From Elusimicrobia bacterium CG1_02_56_21 (GTDB lineage: Bacteria; Elusimicrobiota; Elusimicrobia; Elusimicrobiales; UBA9959), in contig MNUR01000077.1 of assembly GCA_001871115.1 (NCBI GenBank), forward strand, positions 4,589 to 68,588: a stretch of DNA of 64,000 nucleotides, written 5' to 3'. The notes under the pieces were generated by a model, which saw only the letters and a program-made list of their open reading frames with translations, was not told the DNA's origin and ran no database searches. How positions within the stretch are numbered: the stretch's first letter is position 1; each line of letters begins with the position of its first letter. Below are positions 53,542-61,988 of this stretch, piece by piece. A program made the translations under genes and the position numbers.

Positions 53542-54932
53542 TGATATTTCTCCGCCCAGCGCTCCAGTATCTTCCTGGTCCCGGGACGGCTTAACTTCTC
53601 AAAAACTATATCGAACACGCCCATAAAGACCCGGCACCTGCCGCTGGTCATCATGTCCCCCCAAAAACTTCCCTGTGCGGCGTAATTATAGACAGGGGAG
53701 ACCCGGCAGTACGGGCTGTACGGGCAGCGCGCGCAGCGCGGCTGGGCCAGGCGCGGGAAGCAGGAGAGGATCAGTGTTTTCCCCAGCGGGGAGGAGACCA
53801 TCTCCCCGAAAGAACCGGTAACGGAGCCCAGCCTGAAAAAATCATTACCGCCTGCAGCAAGAAGCCGGGCCTCGTCCGAACCGTAAACAGAACCGTCCGG
53901 GCCGTAAGCCAGACGGTAAAGCAGGTCCAGGTTCTGGTAGCGCGGCCGCTCTCCGGTTACAATATGCTTGACGAACATAAGGGCGCCTTTCTCATAGACC
54001 TCTACCCCGGCACGGTTAAGCCTCAGCATATGGTCCAGCGCTTTGGAATAGAAGGGCAGGAACTCTTCCGGGGTAACCGCGAGGCCGCAATTCCCCGCGG
54101 CCCGGCCTATCGGTTCCAGCGGGCCCAGCTGCACGCGCGCTATGCCCCTTTTTAAAAATTCGTCCACTATCTCCCCCGGATAGGGCAGGGAATATTTGGT
54201 GACGGTACAGATAGCGTTGAGGCTTTCTATCCCGCCTTTGGCGGAGAGCTTGTTAACCAGGGCTATGGCACGCGCCGCCGCGGCGTGGCTGGAGCCTCCC
54301 AAAAGTTTACGCGCCCGGTCGTGAACGGGAGCCGGCCCGTCGAGAGAGGTGCATAAAGTTACCCCGCGGGAGGAAAGGTACGCCAGTTTTTCAGGATTAA
54401 GCCCCGCCAGGTTGGACACCATTGAAAAATGCAGGCCCCGCCCCGTCCTGGCGGCGCGGCTGCGGGCTTCCTCTATCAGGTACTTCACGACCCTGAAATT
54501 ACGCAGCGGTTCGCCGCCCTGGAATTCTATCACCAGCTCCCGCGACCCGGTCCTGAAAATAAAATCCAGGGTTTTTCCCGCCGTGGCCAGGGACATGTGC
54601 CGGCCGCCGGCGGCGGCCGAGGCGCCGCAATAAAGACAGGCGTGGTCGCAATCCCCCGTCACCGACACGATATGCACCCTGGGCCCGGCCCAGTCTTTAA
54701 GCAGGGCCGCGAAGTGGCCGGGGAGCAGCTTTTCAAAATCCAGAAGCCCGCTGAAGAAACCGCGGGCGCCCAGCGTCTCGTTCTCGGCGGCCGGCAGGGG
54801 CGCGCCCGAGGCGAAACGGGAGAGTGACGAGGCTTTTATTTCCGCGTTCCGCGAGAAATCGTTGGAAAGCAGGCAGGCCCCGCCGCGGCGGGCGAAGTTG
54901 AAATCGGAAGGCTGATTTTTCTTTGCCGCCAT
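53538..54932 (-). CDS. radical SAM enzyme, anSME-like paralog with degenerate SPASM domain (group 2)
   Basis: CDHACLYC, FQGGEPL, C-terminal CARCPYSPYC only. Start set to ATG 54932 (MAAKKNQ), overlapping the upstream stop (TGATG). The longer track ORF would overlap the upstream gene by 213 nt. Confidence 0.85.
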   Translation of the reverse strand: MAAKKNQPSDFNFARRGGACLLSNDFSRNAEIKASSLSRFASGAPLPAAENETLGARGFFSGLLDFEKLLPGHFAALLKDWAGPRVHIVSVTGDCDHACLYCGASAAAGGRHMSLATAGKTLDFIFRTGSRELVIEFQGGEPLRNFRVVKYLIEEARSRAARTGRGLHFSMVSNLAGLNPEKLAYLSSRGVTLCTSLDGPAPVHDRARKLLGGSSHAAAARAIALVNKLSAKGGIESLNAICTVTKYSLPYPGEIVDEFLKRGIARVQLGPLEPIGRAAGNCGLAVTPEEFLPFYSKALDHMLRLNRAGVEVYEKGALMFVKHIVTGERPRYQNLDLLYRLAYGPDGSVYGSDEARLLAAGGNDFFRLGSVTGSFGEMVSSPLGKTLILSCFPRLAQPRCARCPYSPYCRVSPVYNYAAQGSFWGDMMTSGRCRVFMGVFDIVFEKLSRPGTRKILERWAEKYQ

Positions 54933-56014
54933 CAGATATACCCCTTTTTGAATAATTTTATCAATTGCCTGAGATAAGCCTTCATTGCGGGTTCCGAAGC
55001 CGCGCGGGCCACTATTTCCCTGGCCGCGTCCCGGCAGACCCCGGTGCGCAGGGCATGGGCGCGGCTCCCGTCCGACAGACCGGGGAGGCGGTAATAGGAC
55101 CGCAAGCATTCCCGGCAGAGCTTCGAACCCGCTTTTGGCCTGCAAGCCAGATAGCGCCCAGCGAGGCCGCTCCCCGCGCTGCCCACCGCGGCCGCGCGGC
55201 GCTGCGCCGCCGTCTTCAGGAAAGGGTAAGGATAGAAAGACAAAGTTCCGTCCGGGAAAAGCTCGAGGTCGCGCAGGAACGGACAGAAAGAATTAGCGTA
55301 CTCTTTATCGCGGAGGAGTTCGAGCAGCGGCTCCAGGACCACGGGCTTCCCCGAAGCGGCGCGCTCCAGGGTGAACCGGGCTATCTTCCGCATTCCCCCC
55401 TCAAAAGCGGCGTAATCGGCGGCGCGCCAGGGAACCCCGTGCACGCACTCAATACCTATGTTCGCAAAACCCTGCTTCACCAGGCTCTGAAAATCTCCGT
55501 AAACCGCGGCGGCGCGGCGCGGGTGCACGCACAGGATAACGTGCAGGTTCTCTCCGAGCGCGGAAGTAAAAAGCGGGATCTTCTTTTCCACCGCGCTGTA
55601 GGAACCTTTGCCCGAAATAAATTTGCGCGACAGGTCATGGCTTCTCCCGCTGCCGGAGAAACTCACGGCGAACCTGGCGCCGCGCCCGGCCAGCCAGCCC
55701 AGTTCTTCGGGCCCGGCCAGAACCCCGTTGCTCGCGACGGAAACCGCCAACAGCTTGCCCAGTTTTTTAGCCCTGGCTATCGCCGCGGTTATTATCTTTT
55801 TAACAAGAACAAATTCCATCAGCGGCTCGCCGCCGTATATCTCGAGGGTTTTGCTCTTTCCCGGGGAACCCAGGAAGGCGTATACGGCCGCCGCCGCGTC
55901 CTTAAAAGGGATGGTCTCTGCCCTGCTTTTATCTATAAAACAATGGGTGCACCTCAGGCAGCAGCCCGAAGTCACGGCGATCTTGAATTTCAGAACTTCT
56001 TTATTGAACTTCAT
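54932..56014 (-). CDS. radical SAM enzyme with twitch/SPASM-like C-terminal part (group 3)
   Basis: GCCLRCTHC, YGGEPLM, CPFLRDLELFPDGTLSFYP. Paralog of 44280-45275. Confidence 0.85.
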   Translation of the reverse strand: MKFNKEVLKFKIAVTSGCCLRCTHCFIDKSRAETIPFKDAAAAVYAFLGSPGKSKTLEIYGGEPLMEFVLVKKIITAAIARAKKLGKLLAVSVASNGVLAGPEELGWLAGRGARFAVSFSGSGRSHDLSRKFISGKGSYSAVEKKIPLFTSALGENLHVILCVHPRRAAAVYGDFQSLVKQGFANIGIECVHGVPWRAADYAAFEGGMRKIARFTLERAASGKPVVLEPLLELLRDKEYANSFCPFLRDLELFPDGTLSFYPYPFLKTAAQRRAAAVGSAGSGLAGRYLACRPKAGSKLCRECLRSYYRLPGLSDGSRAHALRTGVCRDAAREIVARAASEPAMKAYLRQLIKLFKKGYI

Positions 56015-57021
56015 TTCTTTTTCTTAAGCAGCTTCTCCGCGCGCTTGAGCCTGTTATGGGACGGCAGAAGAGGGAAAGGCGCCGCCTCCTTTTTAACAGG
56101 CCTGAACTCTTTGCTGCCGAAAATATCGGAATACCATTTCTCGAACCCCATGCACCTGCCGTTATAGACGCAGCTGCTGCAGGACTTGTTCTTAAGGCAA
56201 AGCCTTTCTTTAAGGCCGTGTATCCTGTCTTCCCTGCCGTCAATATGAAAGAGCGGCTCGTCTGTTTTGGGAGCCGCGGGGCGCTCCCATTCGGCCATCA
56301 GGTGCGCGGCCTCGGGGATATTGCAGGGGCAGAAATTCACCAGCACAGAATCCTCTATAACGGCCCCGGAGCTCTTCAGGTACTCCAGAGCTTCCCGCAC
56401 ATAAGGCACAGCCTGCGTTACGCTGACTTTAAGCTCCCCGGCCCTTTCGGCCATCATCCCGTTATAGTGAGGGAAGATAACGTTAAAATCCTCTATGCCG
56501 AAACGGCCGCTGATAATTTCGAGAAGATTGCGCAGGGTTTTATAATTGGGCCCGGTAAGAGCGTGGTTAACAGAGATCTCGGCCCCGAGACGGGTCAGGT
56601 TTTCGAACGCCTTCATCACTTTTTTAAAAGCGCCGGGCACGCCCACAAGAGCATCGTGCAGCCCGGGGGTATGACCATGCACCGAGACCCGGAAAATATT
56701 AGCGCCCGCGTCCACAAGGGACTTCGCGTAGTCCGGGTCGGCAAGTTTCAGCCCGTTGCTCATAACCTGGACATAGGGGTAGCCCATCGAGCGCGCCAGC
56801 TTCACTATCTTCGGCAGGTCGGGGCGCATAGTTATTTCTCCGCCTATCAGGTAGGCGACCCAGCATTTTTCCATCCGGCCTTTGTACAGGGCCGCGGCCG
56901 CTTTTTCAAAGGGCATGCGCTCGGCCACCTGGTTCAGCACGGCGTCGGGGTGGTAGCAGAACCTGCACTTTGCGTTGCAGTCGTAATTGAGTATAACTTC
57001 GCAGTTCCTTGGTTTTATCAT
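56011..57021 (-). CDS. radical SAM enzyme, short auxiliary-cluster family (group 1a)
   Basis: CNAKCRFC, IGGEITMRPD, VHGHTPGLHDALVGVPGAFKK, CPC plus CSSCVYNGRC...EFRPVKK. Confidence 0.85.
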   Translation of the reverse strand: MIKPRNCEVILNYDCNAKCRFCYHPDAVLNQVAERMPFEKAAAALYKGRMEKCWVAYLIGGEITMRPDLPKIVKLARSMGYPYVQVMSNGLKLADPDYAKSLVDAGANIFRVSVHGHTPGLHDALVGVPGAFKKVMKAFENLTRLGAEISVNHALTGPNYKTLRNLLEIISGRFGIEDFNVIFPHYNGMMAERAGELKVSVTQAVPYVREALEYLKSSGAVIEDSVLVNFCPCNIPEAAHLMAEWERPAAPKTDEPLFHIDGREDRIHGLKERLCLKNKSCSSCVYNGRCMGFEKWYSDIFGSKEFRPVKKEAAPFPLLPSHNRLKRAEKLLKKKK

Positions 57022-57025
57022 TGGT

Positions 57026-58120
57026 TCAGGACCTGGAGGACCGGGGGCCGTCCCCGAACAGTGTTTTTACGCGGAAAGAAGAGGGCGCCCGCGACAGCGG
57101 TTTAAATTCCGCGCCGCCCAGAAGGGCCAGGTACTCCTTGTCGAAACCCCGGCATTTTTTATCAAGTACGCAGCGGGCGCAGTTCTTTGTCTTGGCGCTC
57201 TGGGTGTTTTTCATTTCGGCCATATTCACCGAAACCCCGTCCACCGGCATCAGCGGGTCCGCCCCCGCCGTCTCGGACTCCCAGTCCGCCAGCAAATTCA
57301 TATGTCCCGGCAGAAGGCAGGGAGTGAAATTCACAAGCATGCGGGAAAAAGCGGCTATCCCCGGCTTTTCGAGTATAGCGAGACCCTTTTTTATGTAAGG
57401 CAGCGTCAGGGATATTTTTACTTTGAGCCTGTCTTTATTAGCGGCCATTACCCCGCGGTAATGACCGTAGATGATGTTATAGTAATTCATCCCGAGTTCA
57501 TTGTAGGCGAAATCGAAAAAATCGGGAAAATGACGGTAGTTCAGGGAATTTACCACCTGGTTGGTCCCGGTCTCGCGCCCGAGCCGCCTGAGATTCTTTA
57601 CCGCCCGCACCGCGAGGTCAAAAGCGCCCGGCACGCCCACTAACTTATCATGAAGCGCGGCGGTATGCCCGTGCAGGGAGATATCGAACATATTGAAGCC
57701 GGCTCCGGCCATTTTAGCGGCGTAAGCGGGGTCAGCCAGCTTTGCGCCGTTGGTGCAGAGTTTGATGCAAGGGTAGCCCGCCTTGCGCGCGAAAGAGGCT
57801 ATTTTACCGATATCGCCCCGCAGCGTGGGCTCGCCGCCTATGATTGCGGCTATCCAGCAGCCCTGCCTGCGCCCGAGGTAAAGAGCTTTAAAAATATCCT
57901 CCAGCCTGGACTCGGGGCCGCCGGGCCCGAATGAACCGGGCTCGCTGTAGCAGAACAGGCATTTATTATTACACGCGGAATTCACCGTCACTTCGCAGAC
58001 CTTTGCTTTAAGGTTGACCGGCCAGCGTATATTGGCCAGGCGCGCCGGTATTTCGGACCTGTTAAGCCCCGGCATTTTACCCAGGGCGTATTTAATGTTT
58101 TCTTTCAAAAAAGGATTCAT
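57026..58120 (-). CDS. radical SAM enzyme, short auxiliary-cluster family (group 1a); first gene of the operon
   Basis: CNNKCLFC, IGGEPTLRGD, LHGHTAALHDKLVGVPGAF, TPC plus CARCVLDKKC...EFKPL. Confidence 0.85.
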   Translation of the reverse strand: MNPFLKENIKYALGKMPGLNRSEIPARLANIRWPVNLKAKVCEVTVNSACNNKCLFCYSEPGSFGPGGPESRLEDIFKALYLGRRQGCWIAAIIGGEPTLRGDIGKIASFARKAGYPCIKLCTNGAKLADPAYAAKMAGAGFNMFDISLHGHTAALHDKLVGVPGAFDLAVRAVKNLRRLGRETGTNQVVNSLNYRHFPDFFDFAYNELGMNYYNIIYGHYRGVMAANKDRLKVKISLTLPYIKKGLAILEKPGIAAFSRMLVNFTPCLLPGHMNLLADWESETAGADPLMPVDGVSVNMAEMKNTQSAKTKNCARCVLDKKCRGFDKEYLALLGGAEFKPLSRAPSSFRVKTLFGDGPRSSRS

Positions 58121-58274
58121 CAGTTTTTCTTATAAATTCTAAAACCGCTCCCCCGGAACGCAGCGTGGTCTCTACACTTACCTGACAATAAAAAAGCCAA
58201 GGTCGCACAGGGATGAACCCCGTTGCCCGGACAAGGCTTGTATATCAATTATTATATAATTTAAGCGTAAACAC

Positions 58275-59627
58275 ATGATGCAACTAAAAGAAACAGCCTT
58301 CGACGCCTTCCTGGCCGCTCTTAAACGCCTGGATTATACCGGCTACGCCGAGCAGTATCCCCCTTTCGGCAGCTGGGAGGATTTTACCGGGCGCCGGGAG
58401 GAAATACTGGCCGCCTGGCGGGAATCACTCGCGCGCGTTAAAGAAGCGGGACTCTTCGTCAATATCCCTTTCTGCCGCTCCAGATGCAGATTCTGCTTTC
58501 TGCCGGTCACGCCCATAGGCTCCTCCGGCCCGGCCAGAAAGCGTTCCTTTTCCCTATATCTGGAGGCCCTGGACGCTGAAGCTTCAATCTTCTCCCCGGT
58601 TTTTAAAAAAATAAAGATGTCCACGCTTTATATCGGAGGAGGAACTCCCTCCCTGATGACCCCGGCCGAGACCAGCAGTTTCTTCGCCCTTCTGCGCGCG
58701 CGCTTCGATCTCCCGCAGGGCTGCCAGACAGTACTGGAGCTTCACCCGGACGACGTGACCGCTGAAAAGCTTTCGGTTTACAAGGCCTGCGGCGTAAACC
58801 GCGTCTGTATAGGCGTACAGTCCATGGACGAAGGAGTTCTGGCCAAAAACGCCCGGCGCCAGGGCCTGGGCAGGGTGGCAAAAGCGCATGCCGCGCTGAA
58901 AGCGCACGGGATAAACGGAGTTAATATAGACCTCATCTGCGGCCTCCCCGGCCAGGAAAAAGCCAGCTTCCTGAGGGACCTCTCTGAAGTAATAGCGCTG
59001 CGTCCCGACCAGGTGCACCTGAACACTTTCATCAACACTCCCTACACTCTTCACGCCAAAGCCGGCGGCCGCTCAGGCGCCGAAGTCGCGGTGGAAGCTG
59101 TAAGGAGCGAAGGCTTCCGGCTCTTGTCCGAAGCCGGCTATCAGAAGATAGACTCGGACTCAATGGGCCTTACTCCGGGCTCGCGCAACCGCCAGTCCGC
59201 GGACCTGAGCGGGAAGCGTTCGGTACTGGGCCTCGGGCCGGGCGCGGTTTCACGCGCTTTCGGGGCGGGACGCTACATAAACCGGACCGATTGGCCGGGC
59301 TACAGAGAGCTGGTTTTAAAAGGATTTTCGCCCGCGGTAAAAGGCGTGGCCTGCGGACCGCGGGAAGAGATGATCTACTCGGCCATCACGCAGCTGACCG
59401 ATAACCTGTCTTTAAACCTGGCGGAATTCAAGCGGGTACACGGCAAAAGCTTCACCGGGGTTTTCCCCTACGAGGCCGCCGAACTGGGGCGGGCCGGGGC
59501 CGTCCTCTCAGGCCGCAGTCTTAAGCTCCCGAAGAACATGTGGGGACTTGTCCGCCGGGTTTTCTACCAGCCCGGAGTTATCTCCCGCGGCCTGGCCAAT
59601 ATCAGGTCAATGAAGCAGGGCCGGTAA
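58275..59627 (+). CDS. HemN-like (class C) radical SAM enzyme, divergent from the operon
   Basis: IPFCRSRCRFCFL, IGGGTPSLM, HemN-type C-terminal part; 450 aa. Confidence 0.85.
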   Translation: MMQLKETAFDAFLAALKRLDYTGYAEQYPPFGSWEDFTGRREEILAAWRESLARVKEAGLFVNIPFCRSRCRFCFLPVTPIGSSGPARKRSFSLYLEALDAEASIFSPVFKKIKMSTLYIGGGTPSLMTPAETSSFFALLRARFDLPQGCQTVLELHPDDVTAEKLSVYKACGVNRVCIGVQSMDEGVLAKNARRQGLGRVAKAHAALKAHGINGVNIDLICGLPGQEKASFLRDLSEVIALRPDQVHLNTFINTPYTLHAKAGGRSGAEVAVEAVRSEGFRLLSEAGYQKIDSDSMGLTPGSRNRQSADLSGKRSVLGLGPGAVSRAFGAGRYINRTDWPGYRELVLKGFSPAVKGVACGPREEMIYSAITQLTDNLSLNLAEFKRVHGKSFTGVFPYEAAELGRAGAVLSGRSLKLPKNMWGLVRRVFYQPGVISRGLANIRSMKQGR

Positions 59628-61250
59628 TATTTTTTCATTCGGGATCCTGAAGACCCCGCCGGCGCCGGCTACATACAGATATTTTTTTGTGGCGCCCAGC
59701 GCCTCCACCCTCGGCGTGACATAAAAAGAACCCAGCCTTTCCGAAGAAGCCGCGTCGTAGACAACGACATCCCCCCCCAGGTAAGACCCGGCGTACAGGT
59801 ATTTTCCATCGGCAGAGAATTCCAGTTTCCTGACATGGAAAGGCGCCCGCATGATCCCTGTTATCTTGAGGTTCTGCGCGTCCAGCTTGTAAATATCCCG
59901 GGTGAACACGGACGGCGCGTAGATGCGCCTGCCGTCGGGAGAGAGCACAATGTCCATAAAACCCTTTGAAGGGTCCGACGAGTTCACAAGCTCGAGGGTC
60001 GCCTCATCCAGCTCGAATATGCGCCGCCCGGGATGGACTCCAAGCACCTGGGTAAACCACATAAGCCTTTTAAAACCCGGCCTGGCCTCGGGATCCCTGC
60101 CATAAACTGAAATAAGCAGAGTATGCCTGCGCGGGTTCCTTTTAACCTGAAAAACAACCGCTCCCGTCTCTACCATGCCGGCCCTGGCCAGCGACAGTGT
60201 CCGCAGGAGCTTTCCGTCGGAATCGAGCGTAAAGAGCACCGGGTTCAGGTTATTGAGCACGTAGATCCTGCCGCAGGCGTTATGCACCGCGAACAGTTCC
60301 TCTACCGGCCAGCCGGCGACCGAAGCCGGCAGCGGAAGGCGTTTTACCGAGTCGGCGCCGGGAACATATTCGAGGATATAGTTCTCGTGCCAGGGCGCGA
60401 AATAAAGTTTATCCGGACACTCGGAGGAAAACCGGCGCACCTGGGTGTTTTCATGGAAAGCCCTGAACTCCGGACGGAGCAGATTTACCCAGACGAAGGT
60501 CGGAGCGGCCGCGTCCTTTCTCCCGATCGTGGCCCCCAGGGAAACAGCCGCCCAGCTGTCTCCCGGGTCTGCGTACAGATCATGGGTGAACATTACCCCT
60601 TCGGGCCAGGTCTCGCCGTTCAACCCTCTGTAGCCGTCAGAAGGAAAAATCTTTTCCAGCCCCGCCGCCGGCCCTCGCCATTCGCGCAGCGGCCCGCCCG
60701 GATAAAAGTAAAGCAGCAGGAACAGCGCTATTGTCGCGGCTCCGGGCAGCAGGACCGTAGTGGTCAGCCGAAAGGCCGCGCGCCGGAAAGTGAGCAGCCA
60801 GTAGGCCGCCGCTATGGCGGACCCGAGAAAGACCGCAGGCAAAGGGCTCGCCGCCCAGCTGATCCACAGGACGAAGTTCCATAAGCCGATAAGCGGGGAA
60901 AATATAGAAGGCTGCCCGTATACCATGAGCGGGTAGAGAAAAAAAAGCGCGCTGAGGGCCAGCAGAAAAACCATCCTGCCGGCCATGGCCAGCCAGACAC
61001 GGGGCCCCGGCCCGAGCCTGCGGGCCTCTATGAAAAGGGTAGCAGCATATTCACAAGCAAGCAGAGGCAGGGCTGCCGCAAAAGCGGCCCAGCCCGGCAG
61101 CGGCTGGAAGTACAGGAAATAACTGTGCACAGAACGTATATAGTATAATTGGGCGATAGAAACAGCGGCAGGAGACGCCAAAACCAGGGCCGTAGCCCCG
61201 AACCCCGCCGGCAGCGGGACTTTCCTGAAAATTGAAGATATTCCTTTCAT
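59607..61250 (-). CDS. polytopic membrane protein with C-terminal beta-propeller-like domain
   Basis: About 7 N-terminal TM helices over roughly 220 aa, then repeated strand motifs (RIYAPSVFTRDIYKLD, KYLYAGSYLGGDVVVYD, KYLYVAGAGGVFRI). Confidence 0.7.
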   Translation of the reverse strand: MKGISSIFRKVPLPAGFGATALVLASPAAVSIAQLYYIRSVHSYFLYFQPLPGWAAFAAALPLLACEYAATLFIEARRLGPGPRVWLAMAGRMVFLLALSALFFLYPLMVYGQPSIFSPLIGLWNFVLWISWAASPLPAVFLGSAIAAAYWLLTFRRAAFRLTTTVLLPGAATIALFLLLYFYPGGPLREWRGPAAGLEKIFPSDGYRGLNGETWPEGVMFTHDLYADPGDSWAAVSLGATIGRKDAAAPTFVWVNLLRPEFRAFHENTQVRRFSSECPDKLYFAPWHENYILEYVPGADSVKRLPLPASVAGWPVEELFAVHNACGRIYVLNNLNPVLFTLDSDGKLLRTLSLARAGMVETGAVVFQVKRNPRRHTLLISVYGRDPEARPGFKRLMWFTQVLGVHPGRRIFELDEATLELVNSSDPSKGFMDIVLSPDGRRIYAPSVFTRDIYKLDAQNLKITGIMRAPFHVRKLEFSADGKYLYAGSYLGGDVVVYDAASSERLGSFYVTPRVEALGATKKYLYVAGAGGVFRIPNEKILPALLH

Positions 61251-61253
61251 AAA

Positions 61254-61988
61254 ATGCCTGAACTCGCGGTAATTATCCCGGCTTATAATTCCAGCAAAAC
61301 CATCTCAGCCATTCTGGCGAGGCTGGCCGCAGTGAGCGCGGCCCTTCCCGAAACAGCGGTCCTTCTGGTGGATGACGGCAGCTCTGACGGAGTAGGCGCG
61401 GCCGCATTAAGCGCGGCCGAAAAACTTGGCCTCTGCCTTGAGGTACTCTCTCATGAAAAAAACCGCGGTTACGGCGCCGCCCAGAAAACCGGCTTCACCA
61501 GAGCGCTTAAGCTGGGTTGCCGCGCCGCCGTGCTCCTCCACTCGGACGGCCAGTACGCCCCCGAGGAACTGCCCTCAATGATAAAGCCACTTCTCGACGG
61601 CACGGCCGATGTCTGCGCCGGCTCGAGACTGCTTTCCGGCCGGGCCCGCGCCGAAGGGATGCCCCTGGCCAGATACCTGGCCAACCGCTGGATCACCGCC
61701 CTCGAAAACGCGGCATTCGGCCTGGATTTCGCAGAGTACCACTCGGGCTATATGGCCTACTCTTCCTCGGCGCTGCGCGCTATTAAATTCGATACCCTGA
61801 CCGACAAGTTCCATTTCGACGGGGAAATGCTGCTGTGCGCGGGAAAGCTCAGGCTGCGCGTAGCCCAGCGGCCTGTCGCCGCCCATTACGGGCCGGAATC
61901 CTCCAGCCTGGCCCCCGTTCCCTACCTGGCCGAAATAGCGGGCGTGCTCCTTCGTTATCTGAGGCGCGGCTATTTCTTCCAGCGTTAA
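61254..61988 (+). CDS. family 2 glycosyltransferase
   Basis: AVIIPAYNSSKTI, VDDGSSDG, HSDGQY (DxD-like) motifs. Confidence 0.85.
   Translation: MPELAVIIPAYNSSKTISAILARLAAVSAALPETAVLLVDDGSSDGVGAAALSAAEKLGLCLEVLSHEKNRGYGAAQKTGFTRALKLGCRAAVLLHSDGQYAPEELPSMIKPLLDGTADVCAGSRLLSGRARAEGMPLARYLANRWITALENAAFGLDFAEYHSGYMAYSSSALRAIKFDTLTDKFHFDGEMLLCAGKLRLRVAQRPVAAHYGPESSSLAPVPYLAEIAGVLLRYLRRGYFFQR

Noticed and set aside
40998-58274. Search for a RiPP precursor or other small substrate gene inside or just upstream of the rSAM operon.
   Set aside because: - All junctions overlap or are 8 nt or less apart, so there is no space.
- The same-strand small ORFs in the track (for example 48319-48600, 50445-50669, 56001-56243) are out-of-frame overlaps of the large genes.
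- The 154-nt upstream spacer has no ORF.
- A precursor, if any, must be encoded elsewhere.
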